Shown here one piece after another: positions 21,610-43,302 of a stretch of 64,000 nucleotides of DNA. Each line of letters opens with the position of its first letter. Position 1 is the first letter of the stretch. Under the pieces are notes generated by a model, which was not told the DNA's origin, did no database searches, and worked only from the letters and a program-made list of their open reading frames with translations. The position numbers and the translations under genes were made by a program. The stretch is from the human T2T-CHM13v2.0 reference genome, Homo sapiens, in assembly GCF_009914755.1 (NCBI RefSeq), contig NC_060936.1; one strand, 5' to 3'.

Positions 21610-22016
21610 CACTGTGAAGAAAACCCTTAGAAATAGAGCTGAGGAAGACCTTAAAGAGAGGGTTCTCACGCATGTATAACTGATAACAAAAAAGATTCTA
21701 CAAAAGCCACAGTTTTGCACAAAGGCCACCACAACCTTTCACAAAAAAAATACTGCTGCAAAGACATCTGCCCAGCAATTGCTTGTCCAACCTCAGACTG
21801 GTGTCGGCCTTGTTATTGATCTTTGTAGCCAAGGATAATTATTTCAAAATAATTATGTAATCCTCATTTTTTCCTTTGAAAACCTTTGTCTTCCTTTACC
21901 TTCCTGAATATGCATATAGGTTACTATGGCACATGTATTCTCATTGCAATGCTCTATTCCCAAATAAATATCATTTTCTTTTGGGAAGCCTCTCCTGTTT
22001 GTTATTTAGGTTGACA
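21610..22016 (+). mobile_element. ERV1-class LTR remnant (MER34/MER39-like)
   Basis: aaagacatctgcccagcaa...ccaaggataatt...aataaa...gttatttaggttgaca terminus. Start coordinate approximate. Confidence 0.65.
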
Positions 22017-25185
<3,169 letters not shown>

Positions 25186-25545
25186 TTAAAAAAAAGAAAA
25201 ATAGCCAGGCGTGGTGGCAGGCGCCTGTAATCCCAGCTACTTGGGAGGCTGACGCAGGGAGAATTACTTGAACCTGGGAGAAGGAGGTTGCAGTGAGCAG
25301 AGATTGTGCCACTGTACTCCAGCCTGGGCAACAGAGCAAGACTCCATCTCAAAACAAAAATAAATTAGCTGGGCATGGTGGCATGTGCCTGTAATCTCAG
25401 CTACTCAGGAGGCTGAGGGAGGAGAATCGCTTGAACCCTATAGGGGAGGTTGCAGTGAAGTGAGCTGAGATTGCGCCACTGCACTCCAGCCTGGGCGACA
25501 GAGTGAGACTCTGTCTCAAAAAACAAACAAACAAACAAAAAACAC

Positions 25546-26380
25546 TAAGAACATGAATAGACAATTCTCAAAAGAAGATATACAGATGACCAAAAAACAT
25601 ACAAAAAATGTTCAACATCATTAATTATCAAGGAAATGCAAATCAAAACCACTAATTATCAGGGAAATGCAATACCACCTTACTCCTGCAAGAATGGCCA
25701 TAATCAAAAAATCAAAAATAACGGATGCTGGCATGGATGTAGTAAAATGGGAACACTTTTATACTGTTGGTCGAATACTACCACTATGGAAAACAGTGTG
25801 GAGAGTCCTTAAAGCGCTAAAAGTAGATCTATCATTTGATCCAGCAAACCCACTCCTAGGTGTCTACCCAGACGAAGTCATTATATGAAAAAGATACTGA
25901 CACATACATGTTTGTGGCAGCACAATTTGCAATTGCAAAAATATGGAACCAGACCAAATACCCATCGATCAACGAGTAGAAAAAGAAAATATGGTATATA
26001 CACCATGGAATACTACTCAGCCATAAAAAGGAACTAAATAATTGCATTTGCAGCAACCTGGATGGAATTGGAGACCATTGTTCTAAGTGAAGTAACTCAG
26101 GAATGGAAAATCAAACATCATTATGTTCTCCCTCATAAGTGGGAGCTACGCTTTGAGGATGCAAAGGCAGAAGAATGACACAGTTGGACTTTGTGGACTC
26201 GGGAAAGGGTGGGACAGGGGTGAGAGATAAAAGACTATACAGTGGGTACAGTGTACACTGCTCTGGTGATGGGTGCACCAAAATCTCAGAAATCACCACT
26301 AAAAAACTTATTCATGTAACCAAATACCACCTATTCCCCCAAAACCTATTGAAATAAAAAATAAATAAAATTTTTAAAAA
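25546..26380 (+). mobile_element. L1PB-like 3' fragment, preceded by nested Alus (24894-25545)
   Basis: gaacatgaatagacaattctcaaaagaag...ccccaaaacctattgaaataaaaa. Confidence 0.8.
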
Positions 26381-27189
26381 AGAGGGTACACTGTTTCAAT
26401 ATCTATGCCACCCCAAACTTGGTGGCATAAAACAACAACAATTTTATTTGGCTCATAGATTCTATGCAACAGGAATTTGGACTGGGCACAGCAGGGTATC
26501 AGCTGGAAGGACTCAAATGACCGGAATCATCTGGAGTCTCCTTCATTCACATGTGTAGCATCTGGGCTAGGATGACTCAAAAGCTGGGCTTAGTTGGGAT
26601 TGTTGACCCGAGCACCTAAAGATGGCCTCTTCAAGTGGCTTGGGCTCACAAGCTGGTGGCTGGGTTCTAACAGGAAGTATCCCAAGAGCAAGCATGTTCC
26701 AAGAGACTTAGGCAGAAACTGAATAGCTTTTCATGACACAACCATAGAAGTCACACAGCATCACTTATTCTGTAGTCTGTTCATTGAAACAGCCACAAAT
26801 TGCCCACATTCATGGGGAGAGGATATGGACTCAACTTCCCGATGAAATCTGTGTCAAAGCATTGAAGATCATGTTTAAAAAACCATCTCAAATGTGGCTT
26901 CTAATTATACTGCTGAGAGAGTAACCAGGACTGGGAACAATTGAGGTACAGCATTTTGTATGCATAGTCAAAAGATGTTTATTATCTATAGGACATTGTT
27001 TAGAAATTTGCTCTACTATTTAATTTGTGATAAGTGATTAGTAAACATGTTTATCAGTGTAAAACTCATAGAATGGCAAAAAAAAACTACCTCAGTTTTA
27101 ATTTTCAGAAGTATGCTTTCCCCCATTTGGGGGAAGCATTAGCCTTCCAAGTCTTTTATTTTTTCCATTTGAAAAATTGGTATAAAAAT

Positions 27190-33560
<6,371 letters not shown>

Positions 33561-33652
33561 CTGTGTCACTCAAAACTGTGCAGGCAGAACTCTTAGCAAG
33601 CTCTTGTCCTAGGCACATAATTTAAGCCTGACAAAAGGTCAATTGAACCTTA

Positions 33653-34028
<376 letters not shown>

Positions 34029-35006
34029 TCAGGTCAGGCAGTTGGCTCATGCCTGTAATCCCGGCACTTTGGCAGGCCGAGGTGGGTGGATCACTTGAGC
34101 CCAGGAGTTCAAGACCAGCCTGGGCTACTTGGTGAAACCCTGTCTCTACCAAAAAAAAAAAAAAAAAAATTAGCCAGGCGTGGTGGTGTGCGTCTGTAGT
34201 CCCAGCTACTAAGGAGGCTATGGTGGGAGAATCACTTGAACCAGGAGGTGGAGGTTGCAGCGAGCCAAGATCGTGCCACTGCACTCCAACCTGGGTGACA
34301 GAACGAGACCCTGTCTCAGAAAAAAAAAAAAAGAGTGGATATATGCTCCGTGGAGCCTGAAACATATACAATTGTGGGGCTCTAAAATTATGTAATAAAT
34401 TCAATATTTATTTAGAGTAAATAAACTTATGTAATAAAGAATTAAATGATGTCATAAAGTCAGTATTTAAAATGAGAAGAATCATTGTAGATTTTGAAAT
34501 ACTGACAAAAACCACAGACATCACAAAGTCCAGAAAAATAATATTAATAACTGCCCAGCAACCGCTATAAGTCTTCACCCATCTTGCATTTTTTAGTTGC
34601 ATACTCTTTGCAACTAAATGACCATTTTATAGAGATGTTAGAAAGATAAATTAGTCAAAAATAGATTTTAAATAATTGATAGTCTCTAAACTTTGTATTA
34701 TCAGCTTTCCAACTCCTTGCTATAATGTCTTGCACGGGTGATGCTTCTCGCTGAGGAAAAGCCCTGGGGAGAATTCCAGCCCTTTGATCTCCCTTGGCTT
34801 GGTCTCCAAAGGGGCTTCTAAGACAGCTCCATCTGGTGGTCACTGCCCTCGTCCCTAGCCCACCGACCCTAGTCCACCCTCAACTGACACTTGGCCTGAG
34901 AGAATGACCTCCATGCTGGGGTCCAAGTGTCCGATGAAGGGCTGGTAATACTTTTTTTTTCCATTCTGATGGAATGAGGTTCAGAGTAAATATTAGGTTG
35001 TACAAA

Positions 35007-35468
35007 TAAGGGAGGAGACCACCCCTCATATTGTCTTACGCCCAATTTTTGCCTCCAAAGAAAGAAGAAGTAAAAACTAAAAGGCAGGAATGAAGTCCAC
35101 AAGCAGACAGCCTGGCACCACACTCTGGGCCTGGTAGTTAAAGATCAACCCCTGACCTAATCGGTTATGTTTTCTATAGATTACAGACATTGTATAGAAA
35201 AGCACTGTGAAAATCCCTGTCCTGTTCTGTTCTGATCTAATTACCAATGCATGCAGACCCCAGTCACGTACCCACTGCTTGCTCAATCGATCACAACCCT
35301 CTCAAGTGGACCCCCTTAGAGTTGTGAGCCCTTAAAAGGGAAAGGAATTGCTCACTAGGGGAGCTCGGCTCTTGAGACAGGAGTCTTGCCAATGCTCCTG
35401 GCTGAATAAACTGCTTCCTTCTTTAACTCGGTGTCTGAGGGGTTTTGTCTGCAGCTTGTCCTGCTACA
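35007..35468 (+). mobile_element. 5' LTR (LTR2 family)
   Basis: taagggaggagaccacccctc...gtcctgctaca; TATA-like cttaaaa about 35331; AATAAA 35405-35410. Confidence 0.92.
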
Positions 35469-35473
35469 TTTCT

Positions 35474-35491
35474 TGGTTACCTGATCGGGAA
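35474..35491 (+). other. Primer-binding site complementary to tRNA-Glu
   Basis: TGGTTACCTGATCGGGAA versus expected TGGTTCCCTGACCGGGAA (2 mismatches), immediately after the 5' LTR. Confidence 0.85.
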
Positions 35492-35739
35492 GCAAGGTGA
35501 TTGGCAGATGGTCGAGACAGCTCCTTAGGCGGCTTAAGCCTGCCCTGTGGAACATCCCTGTGGGGGACTTCGACCAGCCCAAGTGACGCAGATTCTGAGA
35601 GCGCTCCTGGGTAGGCATTTGCCCAGGCGGGATGCCTCGCCAGAGCAGTGTGTGGCAGGCCCCTGTGGAGGATCAATGCAGTGGCTGAACACCAGGAAAG
35701 AACTGGTACTTAGAGTGTGGACATCTGAAACTTGGTAAG

Positions 35740-36095
35740 ACTAGTCTTTGGAACTTGCCTACTCCATTTGAGTGGAAGCGTGGCCTGATCACCGACGGCA
35801 TGCTTTTAATGGCACTTTGGTTTGGTTTTGGTTTTGGTTTTGACTTGGTTTGAATTGCTTGACAAGACCGGTCTTAGGAACTTTCCCACTCCATTTGAGT
35901 GGAAGCGTGGCCTGATCACCCACGACGTGCCTTTATCGGCACTTTGGTTTTGGTTTTGACTTGGTTTGAATTGCTTGACAGGACTGGTCTTGGGAACTTG
36001 CCTACTCCATTTGGGTGGAAGCGTGGCCTGATCACCCACGGTGTGCCTGTACCGGCACTTTGGTTTTTGTTTTTGACTTGATTTGGATTGCTTGA
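35740..36095 (+). repeat. Three tandem copies of a leader repeat of about 115-127 bp in the provirus
   Basis: actccatttg[a/g]gtggaagcgtggcctgatcacc recurs at about 35761, 35888 and 36004. Confidence 0.9.
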
Positions 36096-36259
36096 TACTT
36101 TGGTTTTGGTTTTGACCTGGCTTGGATTTCTTGATACTCTGATTTTGGTTTTGATTTTGGTTTGGTGTAAACTGCAAAAGTGTGTGTGTGCCCTTTTTAC
36201 CTGTTCTTTGTTTTGTGGTGTGCGTGTGGTGTGAGCATGGTGTTTTGTCTCAAAGAAGC

Positions 36260-36537
36260 ATGGGTCAGGCACAAAGTAAGCCCACCCCACTAGGAACTAT
36301 GTTGAAAAATTTCAAGAAATTTAAGGGAGACTATGGAGTACTATGACACCAGGAAAACTTAAAACTTTGTGGAAGATAGACTGGCCAGCATTAGAGGTGG
36401 GTTGGCCATCAGAAGGAAGCCTGGACAGGTCCCTTGTTTCAAAGGTATGGCACAAGGTAACCTATAAGCCAAAGCACCCAGACCAGTTCCCATACATAGA
36501 CACTTGGTTACAGCTGGTTTTAGATCCCCGACAGTGA
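36260..36537 (+). pseudogene. gag matrix fragment (frameshifted, truncated)
   Basis: MGQAQSKPTPLGTMLKNFKK... and IDWPALEVGWPSEGSLD...HPDQFPYIDTW, a gammaretroviral MA-like sequence. Confidence 0.85.
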
Positions 36538-36583
36538 TTGATAGAACGGCAGCATAAGTGGCTGGCAGAGGCAAGGAAAGACC

Positions 36584-36631
<48 letters not shown>

Positions 36632-37929
36632 CAGAGAGAGAGAAAGAGACAGAGGCAAAAGAAAAGTCAAAGAGAAAAAGAGACAGAAAATCAAAGAAAG
36701 AGAGATATACAAGTAGTTAAAAGAAAAGTGTACCCTATTCCTTTAAAAGCCAAGGTAAATTTAAAACCTGTAATTGATAATTGAAGGTATTCTCCGTAAC
36801 CCTATAACACTCCAATACCACTTTGTTGACAGTGTAAACAAGGGCGTATCTTGAAAGCACTGAGGCCTTCCTATCAAAAATCCTTAACCCAGTAACCCGT
36901 GGATGGCCCAAATGCATTCAATCTGTAGCGGCAACTGCTTTGCTAACAGAAAAAAGTAAAAAAAAACTTACAGGAAACCTCATTCTGAGCACACCTCACC
37001 AGTTCAGAAGCATCCTAAGGAATAAAAGGGGGGGGGGGGGGGCGGAATTTATGTAAAAAGAGTATTATATGGTAAATTTTTGTCCTGAATTAAATTAACT
37101 GGTTGTTTAAAGAAAGAAATATTTGTAATAAGTCAGAAAGTTGAAGCATGTCAAAGAATTGTCTGCAAAAGTTGTGAAAGAGAAAAATGTTATTAAAAAA
37201 AGAATTTATGCAAGAAATTTTGTATAATTTAAAAGTAACTAGGCCTCCTGAATGTAAACAACAAACAAACAACAGTTTATGTGCAAGGTGTATAAGGAAA
37301 GTAAAATATACCTGTGGTAAAAGAATTATAAGGAGGCATGAGAATATAAATTTTTACCTACATTAAAAGGCTAAAAATATGTATATTTTGTTTTAAAGGT
37401 TTAATCAAGTTTTAAAGTGTTAATTGGAAAGAAAATTCTGTGTGTAAACATTGGCTAAAGTTAAAGCAGTATCATCCAGTTTTTCTGTAAACTGGACATT
37501 AAAATAAAACCATAGCAGGTTTTTCTTAAAGCACCAACCTGCTCTTTAGCAAAAATTATAAAAAGTTAAAAAGAGTCTATAAAATCTTACCTTGTGGTCT
37601 AACATTAAAAATTGCATAAATATGTCTACAAGGTTTTGTTAAAATTAGGTTTAATATTAATAACACACTAATATAAAAGTAAAATTTAGCTTATCTGGTG
37701 TAAAAATCATAGAAAAAGCATTGTTAAATGTAAAATGGTATTTGGCTTTCTTTGGTTTAAAAACTAATAAAAATAGGTGCTAAAGAAAATTTCTCAGTAA
37801 AAAGGCACTAAGGACTAAGTCCACTGCCAAGGTCCCCACATTTAAAACAAAAGGTCAATTTCTTAAAAATTATATACTTGGTTTATCTTCCACTTTCCTT
37901 TCCCTCAAAAACTAAAAGTCTTTTAGCAC

Positions 37930-39330
37930 ATGTACCACCCCTAGAATTTCCGGTAAACCAGCACCAGCCTGAAGATCACGTTCTCATCAAAGGGTGGAAA
38001 GAAGAAAAACTCGAGCCAGCCTGGGAAGGACCCTACCTTGTGCTGCTAACCACCGAGACTGTTGTTTGTACAGTGGAAAGGGGATGGACTCACCACACCC
38101 AAGTCAAGAACCCCCTCCAGAGTCGTGGGCCATAGTCCCAGGGGAAAACCTTACCAAACTAAAGCTAAGAAAAATTTAACTTTTTCATCTATTCTATTAC
38201 TCTTCCTTCTTTCCTCGCTCTATTGCTAACCGTCTAGTTATTAACATTACCAAGTCAATTTTGCCTCAAACTATTGCATTTAATGCTTGCCTTGTTATAC
38301 CCTGTGGGGACTTGCCAAGTCAAAGACAGCTCTTTACTTCAGAAAAGTACTTCTGTCCCTTCTGACTCTCCTCAGATTGGGCATTAGTAAATTAGGACCA
38401 TTTAATCTGGGGAAATTTCGATAAAGATTCCAGTGTCAACCAGGAGTCTTGCCCCACAATGTAGAGCTTTTATGCTGTAGTTGGTCCAACATTCTATGGA
38501 CCACTAAAGAGCAAGGATGGACTGCCCTAACTGGTTTTTGTAATTTCCTAAAATCATACATTCATTTTACTAGAGGATCATAGAAGTTAAAGACTTAAAA
38601 CAAACTTTAGCAGTTAAGACAGGATACCAAGATGCAAATGCCTGGTTAAAATGAATCAAATATTCCATCTGCACATTAAACAAAAGCAATTGTTATGCTT
38701 GTGCACATGGCAGGCCAGAGGCCCAGATTGTCCCCCTTCCACTAAGGTGGTCCTCCAGTTGACCAGGCATAGGTCTGCATGGTAGCTCTTTTCCAGGATT
38801 CTACAGCCTGGAGTAATAAGTCATGCCAAGCTCTCTCTGCTATATCCCGAAGTCCGGCACCCTGCGGGTCAGCCCCCAAGGGCTATCCAGCTTCCGTCTC
38901 TCAACACTAAGTTCACTTCATGTCTCCCTGGCATTCCTTGGAGACCTGAAAGGATGCAATGAGCTTAAGAATTTTCAAGAGCTTATCCATCAGTCAGCCC
39001 TTGTTCATCCCCGAGTGGATGTGTGGTGGTATTGTGGTGGACCTTTACTGAGCACTCTGCCGAATAACTGGAGTGGCACTTGTGCTTTGGTCCATTTGGC
39101 TATCCCTTTCACCCTGGCATTTCATCAACCAGAGGGAGAAAAAAATAAGACATCGTAAAGTGAGAGAAGCCCCTTATTGGTCTTCCGACTCTCACGTCCA
39201 TTTAGACACAATTGGAGTCCCACAGGGAATACCAGATCAATTTAAAGCTTGGAATCAAATAGCGGCAGGATTTGAGTCAATATTTTGGTAGGTGACAGTT
39301 AATAAAAATGTAGATTGGATAAACTATATT
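37930..39330 (+). pseudogene. Integrase C-terminus followed by a degenerate first env segment (HERV-I/IP-like)
   Basis: WKEEKLEPAWEGPYLVLLTTET; YCGGPLL..LPNNWSGTCALV; furin-like RHRKVR; IGVPQGIPDQFKAWNQIAAGFES. Confidence 0.75.
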
Positions 39331-39344
39331 ATAACCAACAGCAA

Positions 39345-39930
39345 CAAGCTTTTCATGAGTTAAAACTCATGTCGGCCCCAGCCCTGGGGCTACCTGACCT
39401 GACAAAACCCTTTACACTCTATGTATCAGAAAAAGAAAAAATGGCAGTTGGAGTTTTAACCCAGACTGTGGGGCCATGGCCAAGGCCAGTGGCCTATCTC
39501 TCAAAACAACTGGACGGGGTTTCCAAAGGCTGGCCCCCATGTCTAAGGGCCCTGGCAGCAATGGCCCTGTTAGCACAAGAAGCAGATAAACTAACCCTTA
39601 GGCAAAACCTGAATATAAAGGCCCCCCATGCTGTGGTAACTTTGATGAATACCAGAGGACATCATTGGCTAACAAATGCTAGATTAACCAAGTACCAAAG
39701 CTTGCTATGTGAAAATCCCCGCATAACCATTGAAGTTTACAACACCCTAAACCTTGCCACCTTGCTCCCAGTATCAGAGAGCCCAGTTGAACATAACTGT
39801 GTAGAGGTATTGGACTCAGTTTATTCTAGTGGGCCGAACCTCCAAGACCATCCTTGAACATCAGTAGACTGTGAGCTGTACATTGACAGGAGCAGCTTTG
39901 CCAACCCCTGCAAAGTGACTCTGAAAAAGA
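39345..39930 (+). pseudogene. pol connection / RNase H fragment, out of canonical order
   Basis: LMSAPALGLPDLTKPFTLYV...PVAYLSKQLDGVSKGWPPCLRALAA...HWLTNARLTKYQSLL. Confidence 0.88.
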
Positions 39931-39987
39931 CGACAAGCCCTGCTCCAGTCATATCCGGAAGCTGACTAATCCACACACGGCTGAAGC

Positions 39988-41118
39988 ATGAGAAAACTCA
40001 TCACGGGACTCATTTTCCTTAAAATTTGGACTTGTACAGTAAGGACTTCAACTGACCTTCCTCAGACTGAGGACTGTTCCCAGTGTATACATCAAGTCAC
40101 TGAGGTAGGACAAAAAGTTGCTACAGTCTTATTATTTTATGGTTATTATAGGTGTACCGGGACTCTAAAAAGAACTTGTTTGTATAATGCTATTCTATAC
40201 AAGGTATGTAGCCCAGGAAATGACCAACCTGATGTGTGTTATGACCCATCTGAGCCTCCCATGACCACAGTTTTTAAAATAAGATTAAGGACTGAGGACT
40301 GGTGGGGAGGACTCATAAATGATACGAGTAAAGTGTTAGCCAAAACAAAAGAAAAAGGGGTGCCCAAACAAGTCACCTTGAAGTTTGATGCCTGTGCTGT
40401 CATTAATAGCAATAAGTTAGGAAGGGGATGTGGCTCTTTTAGTTGGGAAAAAGGCTATATGACCGAAAATAAGTACATTTGTCATGAATGAGGACTGTGT
40501 GAAAATGAATGTGGATACTGGTCTTGTGTCATTTAGGCCACTTGGATAAAAAATGAAAAGGATCCAGTCCACCTTCAGAAAGGAAAAAATGGCTCTTCCT
40601 GTACTAAGGGACAATGTAACCCCTTAGAGCTAGTAATAACCAATCCCCTTGATCCTCGCTGGAAAAAAAGGGGAGCGTGTGACCTTAGGAATCGACAGGG
40701 CTGGACTGGATCGTCGAGTAAATATCTTAGTTCGAGGAGAAGTCTGTGGAAAATTTAACCTTACCAATTGCTGCCTGCACATAGATGATCAGAGGCAAGT
40801 AGTCGAAGATATAGTTAAAGACATGACGAAACTGGCACATGTGCCTGTACAAGTGTGACACGGATTTGACCCTGAAGCTATGTTTAAAAATGGTTCCCAG
40901 TGCTAGGAGGATTTAAAACTCTTATAATAAAAATTATAGTAGTAATAGCCTGCTTACTGATCCCTTATTTACTATCTGTACTCATTCAAATGGTAAAAGG
41001 TTTCATCACTACTCTAGTTCACCAGAATGCTTCAGCACAAGTGTACTACATAAATCACTATCGATCTGTCATGCAGGAAGACATAGGTAGTGAAGATGAA
41101 GGTGAGAACTCCCACTAA
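39988..41118 (+). pseudogene. HERV-E-type env: open 167-codon N-terminus, then stops, an internal deletion and a TM remnant
   Basis: MRKLITGLIFLKIWTCTVRTSTDL...DCSQCIHQVTEVGQ; later [12 protein letters not shown] (CX6CC) and a hydrophobic anchor IIKIIVVIACLLIP. Confidence 0.85.
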
Positions 41119-41149
41119 TAAAATGAGTGAGAGTCTCAAAGTGGGGGAA

Positions 41150-41583
41150 TAAGGGAGGAGACCACCCCTCATATTGTCTTATGCCCAATTTCTGCCTCCA
41201 AAGAAAGAAGTAGTAAAAACTAAAAGGCAGAAATGAAATCCACAAGCAGACAGCCAGGCACCACACCCTGGGCCTCGTAGTTAAAGATCGACCCCTGACC
41301 TAATCGGTTATGTTATCTATAGATTACAGACATTGTATAGAAAAGCACTGTGAAAATCCCTGTCCTGTTCTGATCTAATTACCGGTGCATGCTTGCTCAA
41401 TCGATCACTACCCTCTCAAGCGGATCCCTTTAGAGTTGTGAGGCCTTAAAAGGGACAGGAATTGCTCACTCAGGGAGCTCAGCTCTTGAGACAGGAGTCT
41501 TGGCCGATGCTCCTGGCGGAATAAACCGCTTCCTGCTTTAACTCGGTGTCTGAGGGGTTTTGTCTGCGGCTTGTCCTGCTACA
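41150..41583 (+). mobile_element. 3' LTR (LTR2 family)
   Basis: Direct repeat of 35007-35468 with small deletions; AATAAA 41520-41525. Confidence 0.92.
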
Positions 41584-41783
41584 CTACAGCAAAAATTAGG
41601 TTGTATTATAGAAAATTAACTTTTTTGGTTTTTTTGAGACGGGGTCTCGCTCTGTCTCCCAGGCTGGAGTGCAGTGGCACCATCTCGGCTCACTGCAACC
41701 TTCACCTCCAGGGTCAAGCAATTCTCCTGCCTCAGCCTCCCGAGTAGTTGGGATTACAGGCACACGCCACCACGCCCAGCTAA

Positions 41784-41933
<150 letters not shown>

Positions 41934-42569
41934 TAATTGCATACCTGGGTTTGCCTACTGAGAATCATACCCTGGATATTTGTATTCTTTACTGAAAAGA
42001 ACTGTTCTATCTTTCCAGAAAGTGGTTTCCTAAATTCTGGTTTTCCTCCTGGAATCCTGCTATTTCCTTCTCGCATACTCTAGAGAAATCGAAGTGTTTT
42101 CAAAGGTGCTCTGAAGCTTACGCTCCACTAGTTTCACAGTAAATCGCCCCTTGCGAGGGCGCTTTTTTTTTTTTTTTAATGTGTTCTCTGAATCGCTTTC
42201 CCCCTTTAACACTGCATGACAAGACTAAAGCCAGAATCCCAAGACTGCAGCGCTACCCCTTCACAAGCCGTCGGGCTGTCCCGGGCGGGGCCGGCCCATT
42301 TTCACTTTCTCCACTAGAGGCAGCAGCGCACCGTGACCCTGGCTTACTACGGTAAGAAAGCGGAGACCTTTTGCTTCGAGGCGGTTGGTGGCCAGTAGTC
42401 TTGATCGACAAGCTCAGGCCTCTGAACTAAGCAGCCGCTGTTTATGCACGTACAGCCAATGGAAAGGCAGGAGTGCGGCCAACGGCCAATGAGGACTGGT
42501 CTTAAGCGGACCACAGGGCGGGGTTTCCCTCGAGAGGCGAACGCCGGGTAAAAGATCGGGAGCGGAAGT

Positions 42570-42633
42570 GGGCGAGTCAGAGCACATCCGGTGTTAGAAG
42601 CGCTGGTAGGCCTTGGAGAGGCGGGTTAGGAAG
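42570..42633 (+). other. TMBIM6: TMBIM6 non-coding first exon 1a (5' end approximate)
   Basis: Donor AAG|GTACGT at 42633/42634 downstream of the promoter motifs. Confidence 0.75.
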
Positions 42634-43158
42634 GTACGTCTGAACCTAGTACTGGGCGAACTGGGAGTGAGAAATGGAAAGGGAGTTAGCAGTTACTGTC
42701 TGAGCAAGAGTGGCAGTAGCTTCCTTCTGCGGACAGATGGCACCCTGAAGGAACGAGGCCCTGCTCGGAGACCAGACTCGGGAAAACAGGGTGTGGAGGG
42801 AAGCTAGGGAACTAGTGCTGCGCGTGCGCAACAGTGCTGAAGCGGGGGTGGGGCGGAGGCGAGTCTGCGGGGGTTTTGGGGGGTGTCGAGGCCTCTATTC
42901 TGCCCCAGAGCGCTGGCGAAGGCCCCTTCTCAGCCCGCCTTTTCCTTTCTCCCGCTCCTTCTCCTCTACTAAGTGTAGACGCAGGGCCCCTTGGCCTAGC
43001 TTCGATCGTTCGAATTCAGAGCACGTCCTTCCGAGGTGAAGGAACGCGAAACTCCACCCATCCGATTGCTGTTCGGCTGCGGGCGGGTCCTTTGGTCGGG
43101 CTGACCCTGGGTGAGCGGCCCGGAGCCAAGACTCGAGGTAGGGCCTGGCGGGCGGGTG

Positions 43159-43302
43159 ATGTCACACTCCTCTGTGACACGCGAGGCTCCTCAGTTACTT
43201 AGCCAACGGCAGAGGCGGGAAGTGAGAGGAGTCTGGGGCTGGGGCTGCCTTCCAGGCCCACGGGGCGGCCCCGCTCTTTTCGGATTGGTTACCTTTGGGC
43301 AG
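43159..43302 (+). CDS. TMBIM6: TMBIM6 alternative coding first exon (long isoform, 295 aa)
   Basis: MSHSSVTREAPQLLSQRQRREVRGVWGWGCLPGPRGGPALFGLVTFGQ. Donor CAG|GTGAGG in phase 0 joins SGDCCTDSGT-M of exon 2 in frame. Confidence 0.75.

Larger units (their letters stand above)
35007..41583 (+). mobile_element. Endogenous retrovirus: LTR2-flanked HERV-E-related Harlequin-type mosaic provirus (defective)
   Basis: Two LTRs, tRNA-Glu PBS, polypurine tract aaagtgggggaa 41138-41149, and gag, integrase, RNase H and env fragments. Confidence 0.92.

Noticed and set aside
35740-36095. Regularly spaced repeats resembling a CRISPR-like array
   Set aside because: The intervening sequences are also repeated; these are tandem retroviral leader repeats in eukaryotic DNA.
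37028-37042. G15 homopolymer with G-quadruplex potential
   Set aside because: Lies in the non-coding interior of a defective provirus; likely slippage expansion.
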